The notes beneath the pieces are model-generated. The model saw only the letters and a list, made by a program, of their open reading frames with translations, searched no databases and was not told the origin of the DNA. DNA of 64,000 nt, taken from Synechococcus sp. (GTDB lineage Bacteria > Cyanobacteriota > Cyanobacteriia > PCC-6307 > Cyanobiaceae). Both the position numbers and the translations under genes were made by a program. The DNA lies in the NCBI GenBank assembly GCA_047285535.1, contig JBJBDC010000001.1, positions 1,312,136 through 1,376,135 of the forward strand, in the 5' to 3' direction. Shown one piece after another: positions 47,336-58,477 of this stretch (the stretch's first letter is position 1; every line of letters begins with the position of its first letter).

Positions 47336-48103
47336 ATGGGTTTCTTCGACCGGCTCAGCCGTCTACTGCGCGCCAATCTCAATGATCTGGTTAGCAAAGC
47401 GGAGGATCCAGTCAAGATCCTCGATCAGGCTGTCGCCGACATGCAGGACGACCTGGTCAAGCTCCGACAGGCCGTTGCCATGGCCATTGCCAGTCAGAAA
47501 AGGTTGAAAAATCAAGCCGAGCAAGCTGAGTCGCAAGCCCGTACTTGGTACGAGCGCGCGGAATTGGCACTCAAGAAAAACGAAGATGATCTAGCGCGGG
47601 AAGCCCTCACCCGTCGCAAGACTTTTCAAGAAACGGCGACTGCTCTCGGCAAGCAAGTTCAGAATCAGGACGCTCAGGTTGAGACACTTAAGAAAAGCTT
47701 GGTAGCACTTGAAGGCAAAATTGCCGAAGCTCGCACCAAAAAAGACATGCTCAAGGCCAGGGCTCAAGCGGCCCAGGCCCAACAGCAACTTCAGAATGCC
47801 GTTGGCAGCATGGGCACTAATTCAGCCATGTCTGCCTTTGAGCGAATGGAAGACAAGGTTCAATCTCTGGAGGCCAGTAGCCAAGCAGCAGCTGAACTTG
47901 CAGGTGCTGACCTCGACAGTCAATTCGCAGCGCTTGAGGGTAGCGATGATGTGGACGATGAGTTAGCAGCTCTCAGGAAGCAAGTCGAGGGAAGTGCAGA
48001 CAAGGCAGCCCTTCCTGCAGCTGATTCGGAGGTCAAACCAGTCAAGGTGGAAGAAGTAGATGCTGACCTTGAGGAGCTGCGGCGATCCATCGACAAACTG
48101 TGA
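47336..48103 (+). CDS. vipp1: PspA/IM30 family protein Vipp1
   Basis: MGFFDRLSRLLRAN..AEDP.KIL, coiled coil and C-terminal extension. Confidence 0.92.
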   Translation: MGFFDRLSRLLRANLNDLVSKAEDPVKILDQAVADMQDDLVKLRQAVAMAIASQKRLKNQAEQAESQARTWYERAELALKKNEDDLAREALTRRKTFQETATALGKQVQNQDAQVETLKKSLVALEGKIAEARTKKDMLKARAQAAQAQQQLQNAVGSMGTNSAMSAFERMEDKVQSLEASSQAAAELAGADLDSQFAALEGSDDVDDELAALRKQVEGSADKAALPAADSEVKPVKVEEVDADLEELRRSIDKL

Positions 48104-48160
48104 TGAAAGACCCCCTAGAGCAGACGAGTCCATAGGATTCATTGAGTTCAAAAACTTTCC

Positions 48161-48487
48161 GTGTCTTCAGCTGTTTCCGACTTCACAGATGCAGCTTTCG
48201 AGCAGGAGGTACTGCATGCATCCACAACCGTTTTGGTTGATTTCTGGGCTCCGTGGTGTGGTCCTTGTCGACTGATGTCGCCGTTGATGGACTGGGCCTC
48301 TGAGACCTACTCAGGACGTTTATTGGTTGGCAAGGTTGAAGTGGATAGCAATCCCATAACCCGTGACAATTTCAAAGTTCAAGGCATCCCGACCCTGATC
48401 TTGTTCCGCAACGGAAAAGAATTAAGCCGGCATGAAGGGGCTATCGCCCGCCCTCAGCTGCAAGCCTTCTTGGATGCTCACTTCTAA
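48161..48487 (+). CDS. Thioredoxin
   Basis: WCGPC active site and GIPTL. Confidence 0.93.
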   Translation: MSSAVSDFTDAAFEQEVLHASTTVLVDFWAPWCGPCRLMSPLMDWASETYSGRLLVGKVEVDSNPITRDNFKVQGIPTLILFRNGKELSRHEGAIARPQLQAFLDAHF

Positions 48488-49667
48488 GCGCCTTGCTCGA
48501 CTAGGGAGCGGAATTTTTGATCGCAACGATCAGCGCAAGCAGCTGTACAAACTTGGGGCTTCGCACCAGCACCAACCTCTGATCGACCTCTCCCTTGGAT
48601 GCACAGATCTGCTTCCCCCCCCAGCGGCAATAAAAGCAATGGGGAACCTCCTAGAAGAGCCAAGAAGTGCGTCTTACTGCTTGCATGCAGCTACAGCTTC
48701 ATTTCGGGACGCGGCCTCTGCCTGGTGTGAACATCGTCTTGGTGTGACAGTGGATCCTGAACGCGAAGTGCTTCTCCTCATTGGATCTCAAGAAGGCACC
48801 GCCCATTTCCCGATGGCCGTTTTAGATCCTGGGGATTCTGCTCTGATATTTGATCCCTCGTACCCATCCCATCGTGGAGGCCTTGAACTGGCTGATGCAT
48901 CAATTCAAACGCTGCCTCTGGAATTGCATCGAAATTGGGCTCCTGATTTCAACGCCATCACCCCTGCTCAATGGGACCAACTACGGCTCTTGATGTTTGG
49001 TTTCCCCCATAACCCCACAGCCTCTGTTGGTCAACAAGATTGGCTTGATGAGGCAATGAGTCGTGCCCAACACCATGATCTGGTGGTCGCCCATGACAAC
49101 CCTTATTTGGATCTAGCTCTTGAGGGAGAGGCTCCAGCACTGCTTCGATCTCCCCACTGGCGCGAACGCGGGATCGAGTTCTTTTCTCTCTCCAAGGGAT
49201 GGTGTCTCGGTGGGTTTCGCCTGGGATTCGCGATCGGCGCTGAATCACTGATCAATGCACTGCGACAACTCAAGAACGTCATTGATTTCAATCAATGCCA
49301 GGCCCTGCAGCAGGGTGCTGTTTGTGCTCTTTCCCAACATGCTGATTGGCCTGCCAGTCTTTTGCCTATTTATCGTGAGCGGCGGGATCGGACGCGCAAA
49401 GCGCTGTCGTGCCTTGGATGGTCTATCCCTTCTCCGTCAATGGCTCTTTATCTCTGGATGCCTCTTCCTCCCTGGGCTCAAGCCAAAGGATGGGGGGACG
49501 AGCAGATGGCCGCTGAGCTTCTCCAACAATGTGGGGTTGCCTTGACTCCGGGATCTGGATTTGGAGAGGCTGCAAGTCATTGGCTTCGCCTTGCCTTGGT
49601 CCGGCCAGTTGCTGAACTTGAAGATGCCGTGAAGCGACTTTCGCCTTGGTGGCACCAACAGTGCTGA
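48474..49667 (+). CDS. PLP-dependent aminotransferase class I/II
   Basis: Motifs GSQEG, PHNPT, D..Y and SLSK.....G.RLG. Confidence 0.9.
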   Translation: MLTSKRLARLGSGIFDRNDQRKQLYKLGASHQHQPLIDLSLGCTDLLPPPAAIKAMGNLLEEPRSASYCLHAATASFRDAASAWCEHRLGVTVDPEREVLLLIGSQEGTAHFPMAVLDPGDSALIFDPSYPSHRGGLELADASIQTLPLELHRNWAPDFNAITPAQWDQLRLLMFGFPHNPTASVGQQDWLDEAMSRAQHHDLVVAHDNPYLDLALEGEAPALLRSPHWRERGIEFFSLSKGWCLGGFRLGFAIGAESLINALRQLKNVIDFNQCQALQQGAVCALSQHADWPASLLPIYRERRDRTRKALSCLGWSIPSPSMALYLWMPLPPWAQAKGWGDEQMAAELLQQCGVALTPGSGFGEAASHWLRLALVRPVAELEDAVKRLSPWWHQQC

Positions 49668-50431
49668 GGCGGCGACACGGCGCAGGATCATTGGTCCATA
49701 GCCTTCGTCGACAGAATGCTGGTCTTTGGAGACTTCAACACAAGACCGTTTGCTCCAGTACAGAATTGGAGCTGAATCATTGGCTGAACGTTGTTCCTTG
49801 GAAGGGGGATTATCCAAGGGCCGTATTCGCTGATCATCAGATCAGAGGTCAGGGTCAGCGCGGACGATGTTGGGAATCGCCCCATGGTGGGGTCTGGCTC
49901 AGCGCTGCTCTTCCGTGGGACCAACGCAATGGTCATGCCGACATGCTTGGCTTGATGGTGGCTTTGGCCCTAACTGAACGCTTGGAAAAGGAGGGGCTGG
50001 ACGTGCGGATCAAGTGGCCCAACGATCTACTCATTCATTCCTTCAAAGTGGCTGGACTATTACCTCGCCTGATCTTTCGTGGAGATCGATTGCGCATGGT
50101 GCGCATTGGTATCGGCATGAATGTTGCCAATCCCGTCCCGATTGGTGCGATTTCACTTCGCCGTCTGCTGCCCCGAGGACAAGCCCGTCGCGATGTTTGG
50201 ACTGTGGAGGTGTTGCAAGCTTTAGAAAGAGTTTCTCAACTGGCAGAGCAGCCAGACTTTGTGCGCCTTGCAATAGAAAATCGCCTTTGGGCCCGTCAAG
50301 TGCAGGACCCTAAGAGTGGAGAAATTTGGGATATCAAAGGGTTAGGGACAAATGGTGCTCTTCAACTCTGCCAAGGAACCCGGACTACCAGCTGGACCCG
50401 CTCAGCTGATCTCAAGAGTGAGCATCTTTAA
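49646..50431 (+). CDS. birA: Biotin--protein ligase
   Basis: Motifs Q..GQGQRGR.W.SP, IKWPND, KVAG and GIGMN. Confidence 0.9.
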   Translation: MVAPTVLRRRHGAGSLVHSLRRQNAGLWRLQHKTVCSSTELELNHWLNVVPWKGDYPRAVFADHQIRGQGQRGRCWESPHGGVWLSAALPWDQRNGHADMLGLMVALALTERLEKEGLDVRIKWPNDLLIHSFKVAGLLPRLIFRGDRLRMVRIGIGMNVANPVPIGAISLRRLLPRGQARRDVWTVEVLQALERVSQLAEQPDFVRLAIENRLWARQVQDPKSGEIWDIKGLGTNGALQLCQGTRTTSWTRSADLKSEHL

Positions 50432-50460
50432 AGTTCGATGATCAAAATTCTTAAGATCAA

Positions 50461-51408
50461 GTGGCTCTGCGCTTGCTTGTTGCATCAATACTGCTGACCC
50501 TACCGTCTGCTCCTCGTAGCCCTGAAGATGTTCTTGCTCCGCAAGCCCCGTTACTGCCGCCAGCTCAACTGAAGCTCAAGCCACCCCAAACTTTCGATCG
50601 GTCGCTCGAATCCCTGGAGCGCAATCGAATCATCACACCGCAGGAGCGTCGAACACTCGAAAGTGGATCAGCCGCTCGGCCCATTGATTTAAAGCGTTTA
50701 AACCAGGCTTGCAGAAGTGGCGCTCTGTCAAAGAGGGAATGTGCAACTGGCGTTGCATTTCGAGGACGTTCCAATCGATCAACTTCATCTCCATCCATTC
50801 GACGTCTCGCGCCCATTTCAGTTCCTGTGTCCGCTCTTCTTGCGGGAGCCGGCAGAGGCTTTCGCTTGGAGTCTGTCTTCTCCGTCACACCGAGACCCCT
50901 TGCAATTTCAGGCAATGGTGATCAACGATTGCTCTTCCCAATCATCGGCTCTGCGATCACAACCAGTGAATTCGGAATGCGACAGCATCCTGTAATTGGT
51001 CGTTGGTTAATGCACGCCGGGAAAGATCTAGCCGCTCCTGAAGGAACTCCAGTCGTTGCAGCTTTATCAGGAACGGTCATGAGTAGTGGCCTGGCAGGTG
51101 GTTATGGCATTGCTGTTGAACTAGAACACAACCCACCTCAACGACGCACGTTGTATGGCCATCTCTCAGAGATCTATGTGAAACCTGGACAGTACGTCCA
51201 ACAGGGCGAAGTAATAGGACGGGTGGGCAGTACTGGACTAAGTACTGGACCTCATCTACATTTTGAGCTGAGGGTTAAACAAGGTACAGGATGGGTTGCG
51301 AAAGATCCAGGAGAATTAGACCTGATTCCTTTAGCAAACTCTGGTACTGACGCAGTTTCTTTACTGATTGGGCAACTGATGAACAGCTTTGAACGCAAAC
51401 AAACCTAA
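50461..51408 (+). CDS. M23 family metallopeptidase
   Basis: Motifs H.G.D, YGH and STGPHLHFE. Confidence 0.9.
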   Translation: MALRLLVASILLTLPSAPRSPEDVLAPQAPLLPPAQLKLKPPQTFDRSLESLERNRIITPQERRTLESGSAARPIDLKRLNQACRSGALSKRECATGVAFRGRSNRSTSSPSIRRLAPISVPVSALLAGAGRGFRLESVFSVTPRPLAISGNGDQRLLFPIIGSAITTSEFGMRQHPVIGRWLMHAGKDLAAPEGTPVVAALSGTVMSSGLAGGYGIAVELEHNPPQRRTLYGHLSEIYVKPGQYVQQGEVIGRVGSTGLSTGPHLHFELRVKQGTGWVAKDPGELDLIPLANSGTDAVSLLIGQLMNSFERKQT

Positions 51409-51414
51409 ATTCAC

Positions 51415-52158
51415 TCAAGAGCCTGAAGGCACGCTTTCATCCCTAAAGATAAAACCAACTCCGCGAACAGTATGAATTAAATTAGGTTGATCATTGAGTT
51501 CTATTTTTTGCCTTAAGTAACGTATATACACATCAAGCAAATTATCATCTCCATAAAAGTCTTCCCCCCAGACACCCTTCATAATTTCTGCTCGCTCAAG
51601 CACTTTCCCGCTTCCGCTCATAAGGAAATACAGCAGTTCATATTCTTTGACAGAGAGTTGGATCTTCTTTCCAAAGCGATGGACATCTCGCGTATTGGCA
51701 TCCAGAGTCAACCCACCCACTTCAAGAAATGTTCTCTCTGCGCCTTGCCCTTCCCCTGATCCTACAAATGAATGAGCTCGACGTTGCATGGCCCGCAACC
51801 GAGCCATTAATTCTTCAATAGAGAAAGGCTTAACCAAATAGTCGTCGACACCTGCATCAAGAGCCTTGACACGATCTGCAATGTCATCGTGACCAGTCAG
51901 CATCAGAATCGGAGTGTTGATGCCACTACTGCGAATTCTCTGGCAAATGTCTACGCCTGAGAAATCCGGAAGGTTCCAATCCAAAACAATCAAATCGGGC
52001 TCTGGATGACTTCTCGCTTTGATTAATCCGGTTGCCCCGTCAGAAGCGACCTCCACTTCATAGCCCTCAACGTCCAGCTCAAGACGCAACAGCTCTATCA
52101 AGCGGACTTCATCATCCACAAGAAGAATGCGCTTCTTTTGATCAGAGGTTTGGCTCAA
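51415..52158 (-). CDS. OmpR-family response regulator
   Basis: Receiver domain (DD, LDW.LP, KPF) and winged helix ending TVRGVG. Confidence 0.93.
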   Translation of the reverse strand: MSQTSDQKKRILLVDDEVRLIELLRLELDVEGYEVEVASDGATGLIKARSHPEPDLIVLDWNLPDFSGVDICQRIRSSGINTPILMLTGHDDIADRVKALDAGVDDYLVKPFSIEELMARLRAMQRRAHSFVGSGEGQGAERTFLEVGGLTLDANTRDVHRFGKKIQLSVKEYELLYFLMSGSGKVLERAEIMKGVWGEDFYGDDNLLDVYIRYLRQKIELNDQPNLIHTVRGVGFIFRDESVPSGS

Positions 52159-52216
52159 GGGGCCATTGACAGCCTGCGTCTATTTTACGAGGGAGAGGAA
52201 CCCTCAGTCCTCATGT

Positions 52217-52927
52217 TCAATCGTTTTGTTCCACTCTCTCAACCTTGCCGTCGCGAAAGTGGATCACTCGCTGGGCACGAGCTGCCACATCATCTTCATG
52301 AGTCACCAGAACCAGAGTGATGCCTTGTGCGTGAAGCTCATCAAAAAGGTTGAGAACATCGGTTGTCGTTCGTGAATCCAGGGCTCCAGTGGGTTCATCA
52401 GCCAGGAGAAGTGCTGGCTTGTTAATAATCGCTCTAGCAATCGCCACCCGCTGCTGCTGCCCACCAGAAAGCTGGTTAGGCCGATTATCCATCCTGTTTT
52501 CGAGACCAACCTGTTCAAGGGCCTCAGTCGCCCTTTGCACGCGTGCTGAAGCAGGAAGACCTGCATAGACCATGGGCAACATCACATTCTCCAGTGCCGT
52601 TGCATGTGGGAGGAGATGGAACTGCTGAAAGACAAAACCAAGCTCTTGATTGCGCAGATCCGCCAAGGCATCGTCATCAAGCCGTTCAACTGCGATGCCA
52701 TTCAGGCGATAGGAGCCACTGGTGGGTCGGTCCAAACAACCGAGAACATTCATGGCTGTGCTTTTGCCTGATCCACTTGCACCCATCACAGCCAGATAAT
52801 CACCCTGGAAAACATCAAGATCGAGCCCATCAAGAGCTTTGACCTCAGCCTCCCCTACCCCATAGATCTTGCTGACATCACAAAGATGAGCCACAGAATG
52901 AGGACTTTCATGAAAGCGATCAGCCAA
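52217..52927 (-). CDS. ABC transporter ATP-binding protein (LolD/MacB-like)
   Basis: Motifs [16 protein letters not shown] and ADEPTGALD. Confidence 0.93.
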   Translation of the reverse strand: MADRFHESPHSVAHLCDVSKIYGVGEAEVKALDGLDLDVFQGDYLAVMGASGSGKSTAMNVLGCLDRPTSGSYRLNGIAVERLDDDALADLRNQELGFVFQQFHLLPHATALENVMLPMVYAGLPASARVQRATEALEQVGLENRMDNRPNQLSGGQQQRVAIARAIINKPALLLADEPTGALDSRTTTDVLNLFDELHAQGITLVLVTHEDDVAARAQRVIHFRDGKVERVEQND

Positions 52928-54491
52928 GAGACGCGCCTGCGGAATCAGCAATCACTTGTTGAAGCAAAGGAGTACCAGCAACAGTGCTGCTGGCCCACTG
53001 AAAGAGTGGATTGGAAAGGATTCCCCCCACTGCGGTCACTACAACGCAAAGCACTAGAGCCACTCTCAGCGGCGGTAGACCCATCGTGCCCCAGCTGATG
53101 GGGGGATAGGCCTTCACGACATCCGAAGCCTCCTGGGGCTCCTTCACGACCATCATCTTGATCACTCCGATGTAGTAATAAATCGAAATAACCGAGGTCA
53201 CGAGTCCAACGACGACAAGGACGTATTGCTGGTCTGCCCAGCCAGCAAAAAATAAATATATTTTGCCGAAGAAACCGAGCATGGGTGGAATGCCACCCAG
53301 AGAAAGCAGGCAAAGACTGAGTCCGAGAGTGATTAAGGGGTCTTTCTGATAAAGGCCGGCATAATCAGAAATTCTGTCACTTCCTGTTCTGATCGAAAAT
53401 AAGATAATGCAGGCAAAAGCACCAAGATTCATAAATAAATAGGTGGCCATATAAAGCACCATTGCTGCAAATCCATCTTCCGTTCCACAAACAAGACCGA
53501 TCATCACGAATCCAGCCTGTCCGATAGAGCTATAAGCGAGCATTCTCTTCATCGATGTCTGAGCCAGGGCCACAACATTGCCCAGCGTCATGCTGAGAAT
53601 GGCCAAGACTGTGAAAAGAAGTTTCCATTGAGTATCAAAACTTCCAAAACACCCGACCAGAAGACGCAAGGCCAGAGCAAACCCTGCTGCTTTAGAACCT
53701 ACCGATAAAAACGCTACAACTGGAGTGGGTGATCCTTCGTAAACATCGGGAGTCCACTGATGGAAAGGAACCGCCGCAATTTTGAAAGCCACCGTTGCGA
53801 GAACGAAAACAAGCGCCAAAGCAGCCAAAGGAGTAGGGCTTGCAATAAGAGCATTCCCAATCACTTCCAAACTTGTAGAACCACTCAAGCCGTAGAGAAG
53901 AGAAGCTCCATAAAGAAAAACTGCTGCTGCTGCTGAACCAACCAGTAGGTATTTAAGAGCGGCCTCAGAGCTTCTGGCATCACGTTTCATGTATCCCGAT
54001 AACAAATAACTGGCTACGGAAAGAGTCTCGAGAGAAACGAAAACGCTCACCAAATCAGTTGCTCCGCAAAGCATCATTCCGCCGAGGGTGGCAGCAAGAA
54101 GAATGGCGGCATATTCCCCTACCGGAGTGCCACTTTGTTCGGCGTATCGCCAACTAATGAGAAGCGACAAAAGGGTGGAGAGAGCCACGACAGCGCGGAA
54201 AGCAATCGCCAGATGATCTGAAAGAAATGCACCTAAAAATGATGGCTCTAAAGGAGCATTCCATTGCAAGGCCAACAACACCAAAGCCGTTCCCAAGCCC
54301 ACATAGCAGATGGGTGGAACCCAGCGAACTGAGACTTTTTCACCGGCCAAGTCCACCAACAGCGTGGCGATCATGGCCACAAGAACAGCAGCTTCAGGCC
54401 CAACACTGCCTGAATGCAGGGCAAGGTTGAGCAGCTCACCAGGAGCTGCCATGGCCTGGGTGGAGAGAAGCAGAGCACCCAACTCGGGCAT
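52920..54491 (-). CDS. ndhB: NAD(P)H-quinone oxidoreductase subunit 2
   Basis: Motifs [23 protein letters not shown] and KRMLAYSSI. Confidence 0.96.
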   Translation of the reverse strand: MPELGALLLSTQAMAAPGELLNLALHSGSVGPEAAVLVAMIATLLVDLAGEKVSVRWVPPICYVGLGTALVLLALQWNAPLEPSFLGAFLSDHLAIAFRAVVALSTLLSLLISWRYAEQSGTPVGEYAAILLAATLGGMMLCGATDLVSVFVSLETLSVASYLLSGYMKRDARSSEAALKYLLVGSAAAAVFLYGASLLYGLSGSTSLEVIGNALIASPTPLAALALVFVLATVAFKIAAVPFHQWTPDVYEGSPTPVVAFLSVGSKAAGFALALRLLVGCFGSFDTQWKLLFTVLAILSMTLGNVVALAQTSMKRMLAYSSIGQAGFVMIGLVCGTEDGFAAMVLYMATYLFMNLGAFACIILFSIRTGSDRISDYAGLYQKDPLITLGLSLCLLSLGGIPPMLGFFGKIYLFFAGWADQQYVLVVVGLVTSVISIYYYIGVIKMMVVKEPQEASDVVKAYPPISWGTMGLPPLRVALVLCVVVTAVGGILSNPLFQWASSTVAGTPLLQQVIADSAGASLG

Positions 54492-54627
54492 GGCGAGTCT
54501 GGTCAAACCAATTGGGCTGGACTTTAGCTGCGCTCATGCTCGTTCCTGAGTGAATTCCCTGATTTCGCTGCACAAAGGTCGGCGGTGCGATAAAGAAGGG
54601 AACGGTTACCGACCCCCCTTGGCGAAC

Positions 54628-57351
54628 TTGGCGAACACCCTGGTCATCGTTGAGAGCCCGACAAAGGCACGCACCATCCGTGGATTCCTTCCCAAGGGCT
54701 ATCGGGTGGAAGCTTCGATGGGCCATGTGCGTGATCTACCAAACAACGCAAGTGAGATCCCTGCCGCACAAAAAGGTCAGAAGTGGGCGAACCTTGGCGT
54801 CAATACCGAAGCGGACTTCGAACCGCTTTACGTGGTTCCGAAGGACAAGAAAAAAATTGTGCGTGAGCTCAAAGATGCCCTGAAGGGTGTTGATGAACTT
54901 CTGCTGGCGACTGATGAAGATCGCGAAGGAGAGAGCATCAGTTGGCATCTACTCCAGCTGCTGTCACCGAAGGTGCCTGTGAAACGCATGGTGTTTCACG
55001 AGATCACGAAAGAAGCGATCTCACGTGCGCTGGATGACACGCGTGAGCTCGACATGGAGCTAGTGCATGCCCAGGAGACCCGCAGAATCCTTGACCGATT
55101 GGTCGGCTACACCCTCTCTCCCTTGTTGTGGAAGAAAGTCGCCTGGGGCCTCTCAGCTGGTCGCGTTCAATCGGTGGCAGTCCGTCTTTTGGTTCAACGG
55201 GAACGGGCTAGACGTGCCTTCCGGAGCGGGAGCTACTGGGATCTGAAGGCTGCACTGGAGCAAAAGAGCATTCGCTTTGATGCCAAGCTCACGCATCTCG
55301 GGGGGACCAAAATTGCCACCGGAAATGACTTTGACGAAAGCACTGGAGATCTCAAGCAGGGCAGCCAAGTTCGCCTTCTCAGCGAAGACGATGCCCGCTC
55401 TCTTGCTCTAGCGATTAGGTCATCGAATTGGACCGTCTCCTCCGTGGAGGAAAAACCTGCTGTGCGGAGGCCGGTTCCACCCTTTACCACCAGCACTCTC
55501 CAGCAGGAATCAAATCGCAAATTGCGTCTTTCGGCACGGGAAACGATGCGGTGTGCCCAGGGGCTGTACGAGCGTGGTTACATCACCTACATGCGCACCG
55601 ATTCGGTGCATCTCTCCGATCAAGCGATCACCGCAGCCCGCAGCTGTGTGGAATCGCGCTACGGGACGGAGTATCTGAGCAAAGGTCCTAGGCAATTCAG
55701 CACGAAGTCACGCAATGCTCAGGAAGCTCATGAAGCGATCCGCCCCTCGGGTGAATCCTTTCGAGCCCCCTCCGAGACAGGTTTAGAAGGGCGTGATCTT
55801 TCTCTCTATGAGCTGATTTGGAAACGCACAGTTGCCAGCCAAATGGCAGACGCTCGCCTCACCATGCTTACGGTTGACCTCACGGTGGAAGAGGCGGTCT
55901 TCCGCGCCCATGGAAAGCGAATTGATTTCGCTGGTTTCTTCCGTGCCTATGTGGAGGGTAGTGATGACCCTGATGCTGCTCTCGAAGGCCAGGAAGTGCT
56001 ACTTCCCGCACTCGTGGTGGGGGATGCTCCCAATGTTCACGATGTCGAGGCACTCGGACACCAGACCCAGCCGCCTGCCCGATTCAGCGAAGCCTCACTT
56101 GTGAAAATGTTGGAGAAAGAGGGAATTGGTCGTCCCTCCACCTACGCCAGCATTATCGGAACCATCGTGGATCGAGGCTATGCCTCTCTGAATAACAACT
56201 CACTGACTCCAAGCTTCACGGCCTTTGCCGTAACGGCCCTGCTTGAGGAACACTTCCCGGATCTTGTGGATACAGGGTTTACAGCCCGTATGGAATCCAC
56301 TCTTGATGAAATTTCTACAGGGAAAGTGCCATGGCTCCCCTACCTGGATCGGTTTTTCAAGGGTGATGAAGGCCTTGAATCCATGGTTCAGAAACGAGAG
56401 GGCGACATCGACCCTGGAGCCTCTCGGACCATTGATCTGGAGGGCTTGCCCTGTGTGGTCAGGATCGGACGATTCGGGGCCTATCTCGAATCCAAACGAA
56501 TTGGCGATGATGGAGAGGAAGAACTGATCAAAGCAAGCCTGCCAAGGGAGATCACTCCAGGCGAACTGGACCAGGAACAAGCCGAATTAATTCTGAAGCA
56601 CAAAGCCGATGGACCTGAGGCGCTGGGCGAGGATCCAGAAACCGGGGATCTTGTCTACCTGCTCTTCGGCCAGTACGGCCCTTATGTGCAGAGAGGCCAG
56701 GTCAGCGACGACAACCCCAAGCCCAAACGAGCCTCATTACCGAAAGGGGTGAAGCCCGAAGATTTAAAACTTGATGATGCACTCGGGCTGCTGCGATTAC
56801 CTCGTCTCCTTGGCGAACATCCTGAAAGCGGAAAGGTACAAGCAGGTTTAGGGCGCTTTGGCCCTTACGTGGTTTGGGACAAGGGGAAAGGAGAAAAGGA
56901 CTATCGATCCCTAAAGGGAGACGACAACGTTCTCGCGATTGGTCTAAGCAGAGCCCTAGAACTTCTAGCGATGCCCAAGCGTGGACGAGGAGGTAGAACT
57001 GCGCTCAAGGATCTAGGAAAGCCTGAAGGAAGCGAAGAAACCGTTCAGGTCTTCGATGGTCCCTATGGCCTCTATGTCAAACAAGGAAAAGTGAATGCTT
57101 CATTGCCTGAAGGCAAAGGGGCCGATGACATCACCTTGAGCGAAGCCATCGCGTTACTCGAGGCGAAAGCCGCTACAAAGAAAACATCACGACGCAAAAC
57201 ATCTACAACCAAAGCCTCCAGCAAAACCAAAAGCTCGACCAAAGGCGCATCCACAACCTCCAAACCTGCGGCCCGCAAAGCTCCTAGAACGACCAAAACC
57301 GGGCGTCTTCGGGCTAGTGCTGTACGAGTCATCCGCCCTGGTAACGCTTAA
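54628..57351 (+). CDS. topA: DNA topoisomerase I
   Basis: Motifs [24 protein letters not shown] and ITYMRTDS; C-terminal repeats and basic tail. Confidence 0.98.
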   Translation: MANTLVIVESPTKARTIRGFLPKGYRVEASMGHVRDLPNNASEIPAAQKGQKWANLGVNTEADFEPLYVVPKDKKKIVRELKDALKGVDELLLATDEDREGESISWHLLQLLSPKVPVKRMVFHEITKEAISRALDDTRELDMELVHAQETRRILDRLVGYTLSPLLWKKVAWGLSAGRVQSVAVRLLVQRERARRAFRSGSYWDLKAALEQKSIRFDAKLTHLGGTKIATGNDFDESTGDLKQGSQVRLLSEDDARSLALAIRSSNWTVSSVEEKPAVRRPVPPFTTSTLQQESNRKLRLSARETMRCAQGLYERGYITYMRTDSVHLSDQAITAARSCVESRYGTEYLSKGPRQFSTKSRNAQEAHEAIRPSGESFRAPSETGLEGRDLSLYELIWKRTVASQMADARLTMLTVDLTVEEAVFRAHGKRIDFAGFFRAYVEGSDDPDAALEGQEVLLPALVVGDAPNVHDVEALGHQTQPPARFSEASLVKMLEKEGIGRPSTYASIIGTIVDRGYASLNNNSLTPSFTAFAVTALLEEHFPDLVDTGFTARMESTLDEISTGKVPWLPYLDRFFKGDEGLESMVQKREGDIDPGASRTIDLEGLPCVVRIGRFGAYLESKRIGDDGEEELIKASLPREITPGELDQEQAELILKHKADGPEALGEDPETGDLVYLLFGQYGPYVQRGQVSDDNPKPKRASLPKGVKPEDLKLDDALGLLRLPRLLGEHPESGKVQAGLGRFGPYVVWDKGKGEKDYRSLKGDDNVLAIGLSRALELLAMPKRGRGGRTALKDLGKPEGSEETVQVFDGPYGLYVKQGKVNASLPEGKGADDITLSEAIALLEAKAATKKTSRRKTSTTKASSKTKSSTKGASTTSKPAARKAPRTTKTGRLRASAVRVIRPGNA

Positions 57352-57833
57352 TGCGCTGGCAGTGGTTACCGATACCGCTGCTACTTGCCTTGCAGGCCTG
57401 CTCAGGGACCCCTTTTGGACAAAAGCTGGCCGATAGCTTCGATTCACCTCCACCACCACCCTCCTCGGCACCTGAGAAGTCGAAGTCAACAGAGAAGAAA
57501 GAATCAACCACTCAATTAAGCCAATCCACGAAGCCTGAAGACCGACTCCCCTCTGATCACTCAGAGAAGGACATACCGGTTGAAGAATCAACAACAAACC
57601 AGACAACAAAAAAAGAATCAGAAGTTCCCGTTCGCCTGATGCCAGCCAAACCTCGTCCTTATCGGATCACGATCCGTTTGGCTGCTGCAGATCCAGCCGC
57701 ACCGGCAGAAGGTGTCACGGATGCTCTACGCCGAGCAGGAATTGGCTTTGAAGTCGAAACGATTGAGAAAATTTCTTTGCCTGAAGCCTCAAAAGAAACC
57801 GTCAACGGCTCCTCAGGACAACCTGACATGTGA
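57351..57833 (+). CDS. Putative lipoprotein
   Basis: Lipobox-like LQAC followed by a Pro/Ser-rich linker. Confidence 0.7.
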   Translation: MRWQWLPIPLLLALQACSGTPFGQKLADSFDSPPPPPSSAPEKSKSTEKKESTTQLSQSTKPEDRLPSDHSEKDIPVEESTTNQTTKKESEVPVRLMPAKPRPYRITIRLAAADPAAPAEGVTDALRRAGIGFEVETIEKISLPEASKETVNGSSGQPDM

Positions 57834-58477
57834 TGGAACACCCTCTGAGTCGGCAACAAGCATTAAGAATGATGGAAGCCTCCTACCTGGCGGCTGCCGC
57901 AGCCTTGATTTGGCTTGCTCTCTATTACTTGCCTGTGGGTGGAGCTTTGTTCAGGCTTGCCCTACCTCTGCCCTTGGCTTTGCTTCTGGTGCGTCGAGGC
58001 AGTCGCGCCGGCGTGGAGGGCGTAGCTGTGTCCATTTTGCTTTTGATCGTGCTCATGGGTCCGCTGCGTGGACCTTTGATGCTGTTTCCCTACGGTTTGC
58101 TATCGCTCTGGCTGGGATGGTGCTGGCAAATGAACGTGAGCTGGTGGTTCAGCTGGGGGCTGGGTGTTGTCATTGGATCTGTCGGATTCCTGGTGAGGTT
58201 GGTGGCGCTTTCCTTGATGGTCGGCGAAAACCTCTGGGTGGTGCTCACAAGAGTTGGCGCTGGAGCCCTAGATCGGGTCCTTGACTTGATGCAACTCCCC
58301 CTGGCGCCTGATCTGCTGTTGGTTCAGGCCATGGCAATAACTCTCGTTGTATTGCAACAGCTCATTTATGTTCTGGCCCTCCACGCGTTGGCCTACTGGA
58401 TCTTTCCCCGCCTCAAGGCGCCGATTCCCGAACCTCCTCACCTACTCCATGGCCTGGTCGCCCTCGACCCTCTTTGA
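57830..58477 (+). CDS. DUF2232-like membrane protein
   Basis: Hydrophobic multi-pass protein upstream of cobT. Confidence 0.75.
   Translation: MMEHPLSRQQALRMMEASYLAAAAALIWLALYYLPVGGALFRLALPLPLALLLVRRGSRAGVEGVAVSILLLIVLMGPLRGPLMLFPYGLLSLWLGWCWQMNVSWWFSWGLGVVIGSVGFLVRLVALSLMVGENLWVVLTRVGAGALDRVLDLMQLPLAPDLLLVQAMAITLVVLQQLIYVLALHALAYWIFPRLKAPIPEPPHLLHGLVALDPL

Noticed and set aside
48096..48145. Possible hammerhead-like sequence after vipp1 (TGATGA...GACGAGTCC)
   Set aside because: The required CUGAnGA and GAAA core with three stems cannot be formed.
54619..54636. TTGGCGAAC tandem at the topA start
   Set aside because: A two-copy in-frame 9-mer with no supporting context.
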